From Lingula anatina (lineage: Eukaryota; Animalia; Brachiopoda): a stretch of DNA of 64,000 bases. Below are positions 30,132 through 42,030 of this stretch, piece after piece (within the stretch, counting starts at the first letter, position 1; each line of letters begins with the position of its first letter). The stretch lies in assembly GCA_051362555.1 (NCBI GenBank), contig CM120641.1, positions 1,612,001 to 1,676,000 of the forward strand, given 5' to 3'. The notes under the pieces were generated by a model. That model worked only from the letters and a program-made list of their open reading frames with translations, had not been told where the DNA came from and ran no database searches. The translations under genes were made by a program, and so were the position numbers.

Positions 30132-30267
30132 GGCCTCATTCCCATAGACATCAATGGTGTGTGTGGATCAACCCAACTCCAAGGGGACTCTCGCTGCATG
30201 CAGTCAGTTTAACAGACTAACACACCTCTTCCTAGTGTTGAGTCCAACACAGAAAGCTGGTGATTAT
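30132..30267. mobile_element. MITE family B, left half
   Basis: ggcctcattccca..ggggactctcgctgcatgcagtcag..agaaagctggtgattat matches 45796. Confidence 0.7.
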
Positions 30268-31194
30268 TATGGTACTGCAGCACTTATTTTTTCCCATTGT
30301 TATGTAATATTGCTTACTGAACTGCACCTTCCAAGACTCACTGTCCATCAATTCAACTATAACTCTAGAATGGAATCTATACTAAATTGACATTCCAACC
30401 TTTCTGCACTGCACTTGAATCTGGCAGCAATTTCATTCCAAAGAAATTCATATTTTTTATAGCAGCTGTCCTATAATAGCCATCTCTTATCCCAAAACGT
30501 CAATTTCGTACAGTTTATTCCACTAATAATACCCATTAGTTCATTTTCAACTGTTATTGCCATAATTTTCATTCTTACATATTAAAAGAAAATATTGTAG
30601 ACAGCAACTTCCACACAAATAGGTATAACAACATATTAAGCTCAAGCAGTCATCTGCACAACATTAAAATAACTTATTTCTAACTGAATAGCCAAACAGG
30701 CTGGTTCTGATGTGGTCATGTTGTCTGAATTCCTTTCTTTCTTTATTACAATAGGGATGACATTTAACTAATTGACAATCAGTTTTGCTCTATGGCATCA
30801 AGTGTGATGCTACATGTATCACAGTCTTCCCAAACCAAAATGTATTGCTTGTGCTACAAATTAGCTGCAAAATAATTAGATTTCATCAGAACATTTCCAG
30901 ACATGTACTGAAAATATCCCCAGGAGTAATATTTCGGAAGAAAGTTTTACTTTGCATAAAGTTAAAGGATGAATATGCAAGAAACCAACTATAATCAGCA
31001 AAACTGGCATATATACAAATGCTCTACAAAAAATCAAAGGTGCAGATTCTATGAAGTCTAAGAAACATAGACAGTACTTTAAATGAAGAAAAAATATTGT
31101 TAAATTTTCCTTTAAACATCAGAAATGATTATCCAACAAAGCATTAATTATGATATTACATAACAGTAAATTAAAGGTCAATGCTTTAGCGAGT

Positions 31195-31700
31195 TGATGA
31201 AGCCTTAGCCAAAGTTGGCCTCCCAAGACAGGTAGACCTCACTGCAATGGACCGTTCACATTAAAGATGCTTCAGGACTTCAAATACCTGGGCTTAATGA
31301 TGAGCAGCAGCACAGAAGCTGATAGTGAAGCCAGAAAGGGAAAGGCATGGGCAGCATGAAGAGCATGTTACAAAATGGACAGGATCTGGAATAGTCACAC
31401 CTGAGCATGCAGAACCCTGAAGACCACATATAACTGATATTTACAGTGGAAACCATGCATTCTGAGGTGAAACACACAGCTTGAGTTAGAACCAGGAACA
31501 AGAACACCATGGCTCCTACACAAGAATGTTCAAGGAAAGCACTGCGATATTGGACATCAGATGGAGGGAACGTATCCTAAATAAGCAGCCATACGGAGAA
31601 CCTGCCAAAGATCTCAACCAAGATTGGATCAAGAAGACCAAGGATGGCAGGTCAAAGTGCCCCAGACACCTGGTAGAGGCTGCTATCAACATTGTGCTAT
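31195..31700 (+). mobile_element. Decayed non-LTR retrotransposon (LINE) fragment, C-terminal part of the RT ORF
   Basis: Translates with stops and frameshifts to AKVGL, DFKYLG...EARKGKAWAA*..YKMDRIWNS, YTRM...LDIRWRERILNKQPYGE, which are typical post-RT-core LINE motifs. Confidence 0.8.
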
Positions 31701-31727
31701 TGGTACCTGATAGGGAAAGCAGAGTAC

Positions 31728-32020
31728 AGAGCCACTCAGAATAGACAATCCGAGTACTAACTGATCCGCTGACTAAATATGGCAAACCTCACTTCAAAAG
31801 TGATGCCGCTGATTTCTGATGGTCTCTCCACCTCCACACACGCCAATAAATGGATTAAATCTTGTCTCCGAAGTTTAATTAATTGCTAGGCCCCTGCAGT
31901 GACGGCGTGTATAGAGGGGGGAGACCATTATGGAATTAGCGGTATCGCTTTCAAAGTGGGGTCTGCCATATTTAGTCAGTGGATCAGTTGGTACTCTGAC
32001 CATCTATTCAGAATGGCCCC
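31728..32020. mobile_element. MITE family A, long variant
   Basis: Inverted arms of roughly 100 bp (actgatccgctgactaaatatggca / tgccatatttagtcagtggatcagt); ends gaatggcccc; abuts the LINE fragment. Confidence 0.8.
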
Positions 32021-32741
32021 TAAGGGCCAAAAAAATCATTTATTTATAGTTTTCCTAGAACCCAAGTATGAGACTCAAGTTTAAATTTGTAAGTAGGGTA
32101 TAAAAGGAATCTTTAAGTTATACTATAAGAAAAATTGCCAGTTAAGGGGAAAGACACAAGCACGAGAGTTGCACACTGCTCATGCTACCCCTTAGTTATA
32201 AGGAACTTGGGCACCTTCTGCAGAATACACAGGCTAAAACTACATCTGAACATGCAATGCTGAACTGAGTATGTATAAGAAATATTAGAACAGGAAATAC
32301 CAGGAAACCACTGTTGCATTTTTCATTGGACACAAAATACCTAAACGTTACATTTTTCATATTCAGAATGATAATCATCACTGCACAACTTGAATGACAA
32401 AGTATGATTGCTTATCAATGACAAAAACCCCTTTAATCATCTACACAAAGATACAGTCTGCAATAATCTTTATTTCCATTATAAATGATAAGGATAGGCT
32501 TTTGTGAAAAAAAGAAACATAATGACGTAATACTTTCCTAAATGGAAGCAGAAAATCCTAGAAGAGTTATTCAAATGTAAGAGTTATCTCCAGCTTTCAG
32601 AATGATTTCACTGTCATAACTGTGGTAATCACGGGCAGAGCCAGGAGATCACTGCTGGCTAACCCTTTTCTCCTCTTGACAGAAGATGTCATTTTTCCCC
32701 TTTTTTTGAGATTAGTACAAGGTAGAGGGGGTCACATTTCT

Positions 32742-32743
<2 letters not shown>

Positions 32744-32773
<30 letters not shown>
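32744..32773. repeat. (GA)n microsatellite
   Basis: Direct reading. Confidence 0.95.
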
Positions 32774-32776
<3 letters not shown>

Positions 32777-33655
32777 ATATTTTGTTTCAGTATGAAATAT
32801 ACACCTTCCCTGTGGATGCATACTACCTTGACACAGAGTTAATACACATACATGTACAGGGCTGTTCCAATGTACCTGTTCACTCACAAATGTTGGGACT
32901 TTGTCAGTGTGCAGCAGTACAGGTAGTGCCACGGATGTCAATTAACCTTATCAAAAAGCAGACACGCTGGAATTCTGGGCAACCAAAGCACTGACTGCGT
33001 CTCATAAATGGCAGATTCCAAGTCATTAAGGGACTCTCATGGGAATGATTAACAGCAGGAGTCTTAATTGAATCATTAATCTTTTCCTTTAAAACTCTCC
33101 AATTGTCAATACTGTTGAATACCAGTGTCTTTGTATTAATCTCTCAGATATACCAGCATTTACCCATATAGCTTAAATACTAACCAAACAGAAATGCACA
33201 TGTATATGATATATACTAAATGCAATTGATAAAAAAGTATTGTTTCACAGTTCTGAAAAAAAAAAATGATTCAATCTTAATGTTGTCACCATATCTTACT
33301 GCAATTAAGGAGGTGCTGGCAAAGTTTTTTTTATCAATGTTATGGTGTATTTCTATAATAACAGTAATTTTGATGATGATGTAAATAATAATAATAGTAA
33401 TAATAAACATTGCTGAAATGGCAACATCTGGTTATGTGTTGAAAATTAAAAAAGTGACAAAACTGATAAACAATAGATACTGTATAAATTAAAACATGTA
33501 AAGTATCAAAAAAAAATCAAAGTCTTTCCTTATGACAAGTAATCAGTACCGTAGACATGAGGTGTTACAAATCTCAGTGGAAATCATGGTATACAGTATT
33601 GGAAGGCAACCTGTCCAAGGTCACTGGAATACATGTAGGTAGCCAGGAGCTCTTA

Positions 33656-33959
33656 GAGGCCATTCACAATTAGAAGATCCGAGTGTTAACTGGTCTACAG
33701 CCTAAAAATGGCAGACTTACATGAAAGGAAGACTGCTAAATCTTGTAATGGTCTCCCTGCTTCTTTCAGGCCTCCTCGAGCATCGTCCTTGCAGGGGCAC
33801 AGTAACTCAATTTGACTGGTTGAGGGACAATAAATAGAGGGGCGAGTGAGAGAGGTGGAGAGACCATTACAGGATGAAGCAGTCTTCCTTTCACATAGGT
33901 CCACCATATTTAGGCCTTGGACCAGTTAGAACTTGGATCTTCTCATTCTGTATGGCCCC
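33656..33959. mobile_element. MITE family A, long variant
   Basis: Long inverted arms (tgaaaggaagactgc..tgtaatggtctc / gagaccattaca..gcagtcttcctttca); TTA on both flanks. Confidence 0.85.
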
Positions 33960-35236
33960 TTAGAGCACATGACCTGTATTACTTATTTTAAGAACAAGGT
34001 AGTTATGCTGTAGTTAGTGTTAAATAACAGCTAGATACTGAAGGCCCAAAGACTAAATCAGGTCCAATATTTTGGAAGTGAAAATAAGAACTCTGTAAAT
34101 GTAACAAAGTCACATGATGAGCACCTTCTGAGCAGGTGAAGAAGTAAATCTGGGCCCTCTCTCCTTAAAAAAAAAAAGAAAAAGGATGCAATTTTATACA
34201 TTAATTTCTACTATAGAGCACATGCTTCATGTGTAGGAGTTGCACACATTCTCATTTGACTTTCGCAGGTCTTTCCCTCCTTAAAGAAAGGAAATAGTGG
34301 TTTGACCTCTACCATTTCATTTAAAGTAATAAATGGGAAGAAGCGTGAGCCTCTTGCTTTCCCAAACACTTCCAATCGATCCAAGAGTCAAACTAAGTGA
34401 ATTCTAAAACTTCAAAATAATAGTGAAAACATAAGATCAGATAGAAAACCCTTTCAACCCACGTAACACTTAAGTGTAAACTGTATTTGACAAGTAGTGC
34501 TAGTATTACGTATATCTGGGAGGCATACACTAGTGCCGTGCTGTGAAAACATATACAACAAGTACAGGTGTTTGAGCTTCTTACGTGGGTGAAAGTTAGA
34601 GCATGTTTTCAAAAATCAATACTACCTGTCTACTTATATAAATTTCATCAAGGTGAAAAGATCCAGTGGCATATGTTGCTTTCTCTTTCAATATATTGCC
34701 AGGTACAATTTGATGTATCTTATCTTGTTTTGCCAGCTTACTTTATCACTCCGTACATGTGGACGGGTAATTTGCAAAGATCAGTTCTGAACAAATATTG
34801 TGCAGTTTAATAAATGATCGAATTCCAGTCCAAGTATTTGACATATAGACAGTTATGACATGGGGAATATAAATTTTGAGGATGTCCCATTGTGATGTTG
34901 TCACAACTACCACAATTATATCACAACCTCACCACAACCTACACTGCAATGTGGTGCATCCCAGCACAACAAAAACAATACCTAGTTGATGTCCCCTCTT
35001 CTAACTCCTATAACACTTTTAGATTGATGAATCTAACATTCATCATTGTTAATAAGCTGTTATTTAAAAAGAATAATAATAGAAAAATAAAATGGTTATA
35101 GAATCGGAATGTCAGACAGAAAAAAATGGTGTTTGGGTATATAATGATCTTCTACTTCTTTCTTAATATAGGATCATTTTGCCTACAACAATCTTCAAAA
35201 TAATAACAGGCTCCATGAGAGAAAAAAACAACTCAC

Positions 35237-35449
35237 ATGTACAGAGGCAGGATCAGCCCCAGCTGCCACACACTCCTGAATAGCCTTGGTCTTTGCCTCA
35301 TCTAGGGCACAGTTTCTGGCACTTTCAAATTCCAATTTTTCTGTTTCAGACACCTGCTGTCCCTGGAGGTATTTCCTGTCTGGAAGCTTCACGACATGGT
35401 CCACGCTGCCAGATACTTGACTCAGTGCAGCACCTACAGCATTGGCAAC
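35237..35449 (-). CDS. Hydantoinase-family exon 10 (VANAVGAALSQVSGSVDHVV...AGADPASVH); last exon found, open donor
   Basis: Acceptor ttctag|GTT, donor CAT|gtgagt; 213 nt, phase 0 to 0; VANAVGAA motif. No stop codon within the exon. Confidence 0.92.
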
Positions 35450-35772
35450 CTAGAATACAACAGTCCAGACAAGATGTATATTTATATATCAGCCATACTA
35501 GACCAGACATGGGCCTAGTTTTCAATTCAAAAAAAAAAATCTAAACATTTATCATGAGACCCAACACCTAACCTTGACAAATCTCGTGAATCATCAGAAT
35601 TGAATTAAAATACATGGAATTCTGCCTTTTCACAGAATAAGCTTTTGTCTTCTAGACTGACCAGAGTATCGGCATCCCAAGCGAAGGCTACATTTTTTCA
35701 AATTTTTCATAGGTAACATGTTTTCAAATCTATAAGAATCTAAAAGATGTGGTCTAAAGCCCTCTAGCTTAC

Positions 35773-35883
35773 ATCAAAGTGTGGTGGCTTGCTGATAGCA
35801 GAGACCCCTGGTAGCCATTTCTTTTCATCCACAAGTACACTGCCTCCACCTACCAACACCACAGGGATGTCTGCAGCCTGGAT
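35773..35883 (-). CDS. Hydantoinase-family exon 9 (IQAADIPVVLVGGGSVLVDEKKWLPGVSAISKPPHFD)
   Basis: Acceptor ttttttcag|ATC, donor GAT|gtaagc; 111 nt, phase 0 to 0; PVVLVGGGS motif. Confidence 0.92.
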
Positions 35884-36020
35884 CTGAAAAAAAAATCGAG
35901 TTTTAGAAAAAAATCACAGTGTCTAACCTCTGTATTGTATATTCTTTTTCATATCACTGTTCAGTATATAATCTTTAAAAATATATCACTCAAAATGGAG
36001 GACTTATACCTTGAATGATT

Positions 36021-36280
36021 GAATATATTCAGAACCATGGACTGACTGATCTGCCAACTAAATATGGCTGACCCTAATTAAAAGCAGCATAGTTCAATTC
36101 CTTGACGGTCTACATGCCTTTACACTATAAATCAGAATAAATCTTGGCTCCAAGGATTAATTGCAACGAGGCTTGTGGAGGCAGGGAGGCCATCAGGGAA
36201 TTAGTCAGCACTGCTTTTAAGTGAGTTGGCTATATTTAGTCTGCTAATCTGTTAGTCCACAGATCAACTTGTTCTGTATT
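36021..36280. mobile_element. Degenerate MITE family A relative in the intron between exons 8 and 9
   Basis: attcagaac..ggactgactgat..ctaaatatggc left arm; gctatatttagt..gttagtccac..gttctg right arm. Confidence 0.65.
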
Positions 36281-36322
36281 CTCTCATTAAATTGTGGTAG
36301 ACTGAATGGCCCCATACAGTAC

Positions 36323-36544
36323 CTTGACACTATCAATGGCCACAGCCAGCATGTTCTGAATCTCCTCCTGGGCCAGAGAACACAGGTGTTTGGTCACTCT
36401 CCCCTCCACCCTGCCCCTGTCCCCAATGTCCAGCAGCCCAGTGGCCACTGCTACATCACTGGTGGTCAGTGTGTTACCACCAAAGATGACTGCCTCTTGC
36501 TCTAAGTGGTGACCAACACTTTGAGGGCCAACTTGGACATGGGT
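36323..36544 (-). CDS. Hydantoinase-family exon 8 (THVQVGPQSVGHHLEQEAVIFGGNTLTTSDVAVA...AIDSVK)
   Basis: Acceptor tttcag|ACC, donor AAG|gtactg; 222 nt, phase 0 to 0; GPxSVG and FGGxTLTxxD motifs. Confidence 0.93.
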
Positions 36545-36875
36545 CTGAAATTGTGATATTTGATATATTTACTTGTAGTTAGATATTGAAATTTATAGAT
36601 AAAAATCTGCAATTAAAAAAAAAAAAAAAAGACACGACCCATAAATATAAGAAAGTTTATGTTACTCAGAGTATTATACATCTTCATCAGTTTGATATGC
36701 AACCAAGGCATAAAAAATTTTTTTGGATGATGTTCCAGAAAATTAATTTCCCGATGCAAAATAATTCAAATCTATAATGATAATGAAGAGTAATATCAAA
36801 TGGCTCCAAAAACTGCATACGTATAAGATATTTCATTAAGATGGAGTAGCATGAAGAAGATATTTATATATTTAC

Positions 36876-36977
36876 CAGCTCATTATCCTCATTTCTCTTC
36901 TCCAGAATCTTGGACCCTCCTCCCAAGCCTATACTGACTACATCTGGCATGTGGAAGTTAGTGTTCACCCCTCCAAC
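36876..36977 (-). CDS. Hydantoinase-family exon 7 (VGGVNTNFHMPDVVSIGLGGGSKILEKRNEDNEL)
   Basis: Acceptor tctccccag|GTT, donor CTG|gtaaat; 102 nt, phase 0 to 0; NFxMPDVxSIGLGGGS motif. Confidence 0.93.
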
Positions 36978-37032
36978 CTGGGGAGAAAATAATATAAGCA
37001 ACTATTTTCAAAACGTCTTTAACTCAGCAAAA

Positions 37033-37210
37033 GGCCCCATTCAGAATAATTAAGGGACTAACTAGTCTCAGGCTCAAATATGGTCTACCCACTTGTATAC
37101 TTCCCCATGGGATATCTATTCAGTGACATTTGTGGCTTAGACAGCAAGTTTTGTAGTGGGTCACCATATTTGACCTTCAGCCTAGTAAGTCCCCTATTCT
37201 GAATGGGGCC
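37033..37210. mobile_element. MITE family A
   Basis: Perfect 16-bp TIR ggccccattcagaata / tattctgaatggggcc; internal sequence shared with 39855 and, inverted, with 22263. Confidence 0.88.
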
Positions 37211-37364
37211 AAGTGATGTAAATACTATACAACTATACTGCAATCACTGAATGAAGCTTCTCACCTATCACAATATTAATTGAAACATTAACAGCAATGT
37301 TAAAAGTACAGCTACCACACTTCCCAGGTGACATTCTCTTTCACACAGCTATCACAATAACAAA

Positions 37365-37572
37365 GGGCTCATTTCCAATGAAGGCATCATTCTCTGTAGA
37401 TTGATACAACTATAGATATGGGAACTTGCTGAATGCAATCAGATAAAGAGATAAGCACGTCTCCCCTTTGCATTGAGTAGAAAACAGAAAACCTGATGAT
37501 TGTATGAGTATGTTAAAAAACAAGAGAAGGTGTGTTTATCTGTTTATATGACTGCATTCGTATAGTCCCCTC
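37365..37572. mobile_element. MITE family B, truncated copy
   Basis: gggctcatttccaatgaa..cttgctgaatgcaatcagataaa..gactgcattc. Confidence 0.75.
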
Positions 37573-39854
37573 CTGAAAATAATTTGAAAAAGTGTAGTTA
37601 AACTTGGATAATTTTTCAGTGCTGTGCACAAGAAAAGTGCTTTTGTGGTATTTAATCCGTGCTTTCTTAACATGACTACCCCCAAGCAACTATTTCAGAC
37701 AACCTGTACCCCTGCACAAGCTGGCTGACATGAGTCTTAAATTAAGTCTGCAATGCTTTTTTCTTCTCAGTTATCTCAATGTAACACCAATGATTTCAAA
37801 GTTTGTCATCCACAGGTATGTTGTGCAATTTTCCTGTCAGTCTAATTTACCTGTTAACAGGCTGAGCTGACAATGCTAAGGGCCATTACTAGCTGATCAC
37901 ACACTAGTGTTTCCAGCTTGACAACATCAATTAGATACGGTACCTCTAACTTCCTTTTAGAAACATGTCAGGCACTGCACCTAACTTAACTACCTGGGAG
38001 TTATTCACCCCCGTGGAGGCATGTCAAAATGTTCTTTAAAATTTCTGACCAGCTTCCAGAAATCAGTGAACGAAAGCTCCTGGAATTCACACCTGCAATA
38101 TTTCGTCGTAGAGGCAGGATATCATGGGACTAAGATTCTACTGAAAAAGCTGTAATTTCACACTTCAATTCAAAATTTTCATACATGTTGCTGCTGTTGT
38201 TCATTAATCAAAAAACAATGTCCCCAAATTCAACCCTAAAGCACATCTGTGAGTAAAGCAATTTTGTTTTTCCTCTATGCCTTATAGAACTGTTCATGCC
38301 ATAGGGGTTATTCATACATTGATCATACTTTTACAGGGTTAAATTATTTTCTTTCCTTCAAATCCAATTGACACCATTTCCATGTTTTCTTTTTGATTGG
38401 AAATAGAGTAACTGTGTTTCTTAATGTGCTGACTTTTAAATTGCTGCCACAAATGGGACTTCTCTCACTTTTATTCATTGATCATTTGTACCATGAAATT
38501 GTAAAGCAAAAAGCGTTAAGTTTCGATAAGGTTTCTGGTGGGAGTTGCCTGGCACATTCATCTTCATACACATGCTCAATGTGTCAGAAAAGATTAGTCA
38601 AAACTGCCATGAATTCTAATCCAGAGGTTTTGTCAATAAATTGGAAATGTGCAGCTGAATTTTATTTACTTCTCCTCGGACAATAAATACTGGAGTGCAA
38701 GGGAAATGATAACTTCGGTCAGTTCAGTAGAATTAAACAACTTATAACTCATATGATCATCTAATTTTCCAGTCATATAAAGACATCTTAATAAAATGCA
38801 ACATGTGTGTATAGCTCTAATACAAGAAGTTGGTGGTTAAAAAATTAAAAGGATAACAACTTCATTTTGCCCAAAAAATTTTTTTCCTGGGGTAAACGGC
38901 AATTTTCCCATACTTACCAATGGTTAATGAATCCATTTCTATATTCAAAGTTAGTCCCTTTTTCCTTTTGAAAAAGTTTTTTTTTTATGTAATAATCTCT
39001 TAACTGATTATTACGGAGTATAGCCATCTATGGAAGTCACGTGGTCTGCTGTCAAGCAAAGATTTCAGAATAATCGCTATAACTGCCGTTTTTGGTAAAA
39101 TAGAATATATTACATTTCTATGAGTTGTTTACAATGTTTTTATTGTGAAATATAGATCTCATATGAAGAGTTTTTATCACTTTTATATCAACATAATACA
39201 ATAAATCCAACCATGACATTACATTGACTTGTAGAGGCTCATCATGGTAAGAGATGGTCATGATCAAATTTTGTTAGTCACAAATGGAACAGGTGTAGTA
39301 TTCTGAATAAACGAATGACTTAGGTGAGGATGACACAATATTAGGTGAAAAGAAACATTGCAAGCCTGGTTAAGTCCCCATCTCATGGAAGGTTTTGAAA
39401 CAAAAACTTGCTGCACGTGTATGGCTTTGCCCCTCCCCCCCCCAAAAAAAAACATCAATGCATGCAAAGTTTGCCCATACATTGCAGTGTGATCCTTAAA
39501 AACCCTGTCTGCTGTCATTTAATGATAAGAAAGTTGGTTATGCACAGCCATCATTAAGCTTCAACTCTATTAAAACTTAAACCCTTAATGCCAGAAAGAT
39601 GCCACTCAATCCACAGATGAGCCAAATTTCATTACACTGTTGATATATTGATTAAAATAACATACTTGCTAGCTAGGATAAAATGGGGTTGTTTCAATCC
39701 TAATGATGCAGTTTCTAGATTACTGCCTCTAAACTGAGATATTGTAGTGAATAGCACTTAAGAGATGGCGCCAGTTAAAAACCAATGTGGCTCCAAACTA
39801 GAAACTTTCCTACACTCCAACGACTGATTATAAGTGAGTAATATCCAAGACTAT

Positions 39855-40029
39855 GGCCTCATTCAGTACAGGGGACTAACTAGACTGAGAGTCAAATATG
39901 GCCGACCCACTTGAATACTTCCCCACGGGATATCTATTCAGTGTCTATAAGTGGATTAGATGGCAAGCTTTGTAGTGGGTCGCCATATTTGACCCTCGGA
40001 CTAGTTAATCCACTGTTCTGAATGAGGCC
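39855..40029. mobile_element. MITE family A
   Basis: TIR ggcctcattcag / ctgaatgaggcc; TAT on both flanks. Confidence 0.88.
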
Positions 40030-41932
40030 TATGATAAGTGACTTGCAGTTATGTTGGGTTAAAATATACGCTATAATTGTGTTTATCAGTAACAATGTCT
40101 TCAAATATTTCCAACAAATTTGAAAGTAATCAGCATCTCAACTACTGTTAATGTGTCAGATTACTACAGAATTGATAGAGTTAGCATGGCAGCTGCCTAG
40201 AAGATAATGTAAAATCCCTGAAATTAAAATAGGATAAAACTTCAATTCAAAATGTTTATGAGGACAAGCAGGATCGAGCTTAAACAGATAAAAATAAAAA
40301 CACTTTTGTGTCTTCAAAATTAAAACTGAAGTGTCTTTTTAAAAACAGAAATCAGCTCACAAAAAGAGTAAATTGAAAATGATAATATCACAGAATATAC
40401 ACAAAAGTTTCCAGCTAGTTGTTAGGCTGGTGCTTGTCATATCAACCTCTCTCTGTTATGTCTTTATACGGCTACCGGTAGGTACTTCCAAGTTCATCAA
40501 TAAATAAATATAATATAGCTATCATAAATCTATAGCACAGAATGACTTATGCATACACGTATAACCTTTATACTGATTAATCTCAAACTGATCTCAACTT
40601 AATCTACATGTACTATTCATTACATTCTAGGGTCTAGGTACTGTATAGCTGACTATACTGGAGACATGTATATGTGCACTGACCCTGTGTTTTGTTGCCG
40701 AACCCCAAAACTTGTGACATCACATTTTAAATCATTAAGTTTGTATGGCATAAATATATATATTGAAATACACAAGAATTAGAAAATTGGGTAAAAGATG
40801 GCTATGTCAGACTGTTTCTGCCTTGCCCTGATAACATTATTTATAATCCCTGGGGGGAAATAATGGAACAGGGCCCCAGGAGACTTGCCCTACTGCACAA
40901 ACATCACAGACAGACATGGATAAATTGCACAACAACTCATCTTTGCTGATAAAGTCTACGGAAAAGGGTGAAAGTTGTAAAAACTGGAAAATCATGAAAA
41001 CACAGCTTGCAACATTTCTCATAGCATTTAGGCCATATATAAAACAATCAAAATAAAGACTGAAAATCATGAAATTAAGCAAAATCTTGAAAATTTTCAA
41101 CCATGAATTGAGATGGGTACAGTGTATATGTTAGTCATCCAATTGTTTTTCACATTAAGTATTAGATATTAAAAACTTCCTTTTGCTATGAAATCATCTC
41201 AGTCAAATATAGTTATGTGTAAGTGCTTTAAATGACCAAAGAGGATTATAAGGGTCCATGAACCACTTTCTTTAGAAAATTCCTCCTTAAAAATTTATTC
41301 AAGGAGTAAACAGTATCAATAATTTACCCCTTTTCCATTAAGAAATAGCTGAGTAAAATAGCTGAGTGAGTATGTCTTTATTGGTATAATATTTTCTCAT
41401 ATTTCAGTTGAGAATGACCAAATTTCTTTAAACAGATAAAAGTACAGAAGACCCTTGGTATGCACTTACTTCACATTGGCAAAAAAGCAATTGAATCAGA
41501 GAAAAAAAACAAAACAAAAATGTAGAAATACTGTAGTTGCACTTGATCATATTCCCAGAGGAGAACCAGCAGATTCAGACATCAATCCAAAAAGCGTAAA
41601 GCTATCTTAGATCACTTGACTGTGACAAGCAACAACATATGGTACAGGCTTTACAAGATAAAAAATTAAAGACCTGGAGAATTTATAATTAGGGTTTTTA
41701 TTTTCCTTGGCAATTAAGGGACAATATATCCCATAATTTCAGCTTGAACAAATAAGCTGGATATTAATGTAGCCAGTCCTACAGGTATGTAATGAATTAT
41801 GATATAAGAGCTTAGAAATTTTTCCCGAAAAACTAAACTGGTATCTATATATACGTACATTCACATACATTGTGCACACATGGATGCATGCTCACAAACA
41901 CACACACACACACACGCCATAATCTCATATAC

Positions 41933-42030
41933 CCGAATTCTGGTGGCAGCCTCCTTTGGAAACCCTTTCTCCAGAACACCAACATCTGTAGTCGTACCAC
42001 CGATGTCTATCACCACTGCATCTTGAACAC
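41933..42030 (-). CDS. Hydantoinase-family exon 6 (GVQDAVVIDIGGTTTDVGVLEKGFPKEAATRIR)
   Basis: Acceptor ttttag|GT, donor CGG|gtatat; 98 nt, phase 1 to 0; phosphate-2 motif DIGGTTTD. Confidence 0.94.

Noticed and set aside
33695-33907. 70-aa minus-strand ORF with a gtaagt donor downstream of exon 10
   Set aside because: Lies entirely within a palindromic MITE and shows no hydantoinase or DUF917 similarity.
34501-34800. Possible hydantoinase exon 11 (acceptor-like sites; a VPGN peptide)
   Set aside because: Phase-0 readings from the acceptors hit stops or give no family-like sequence.
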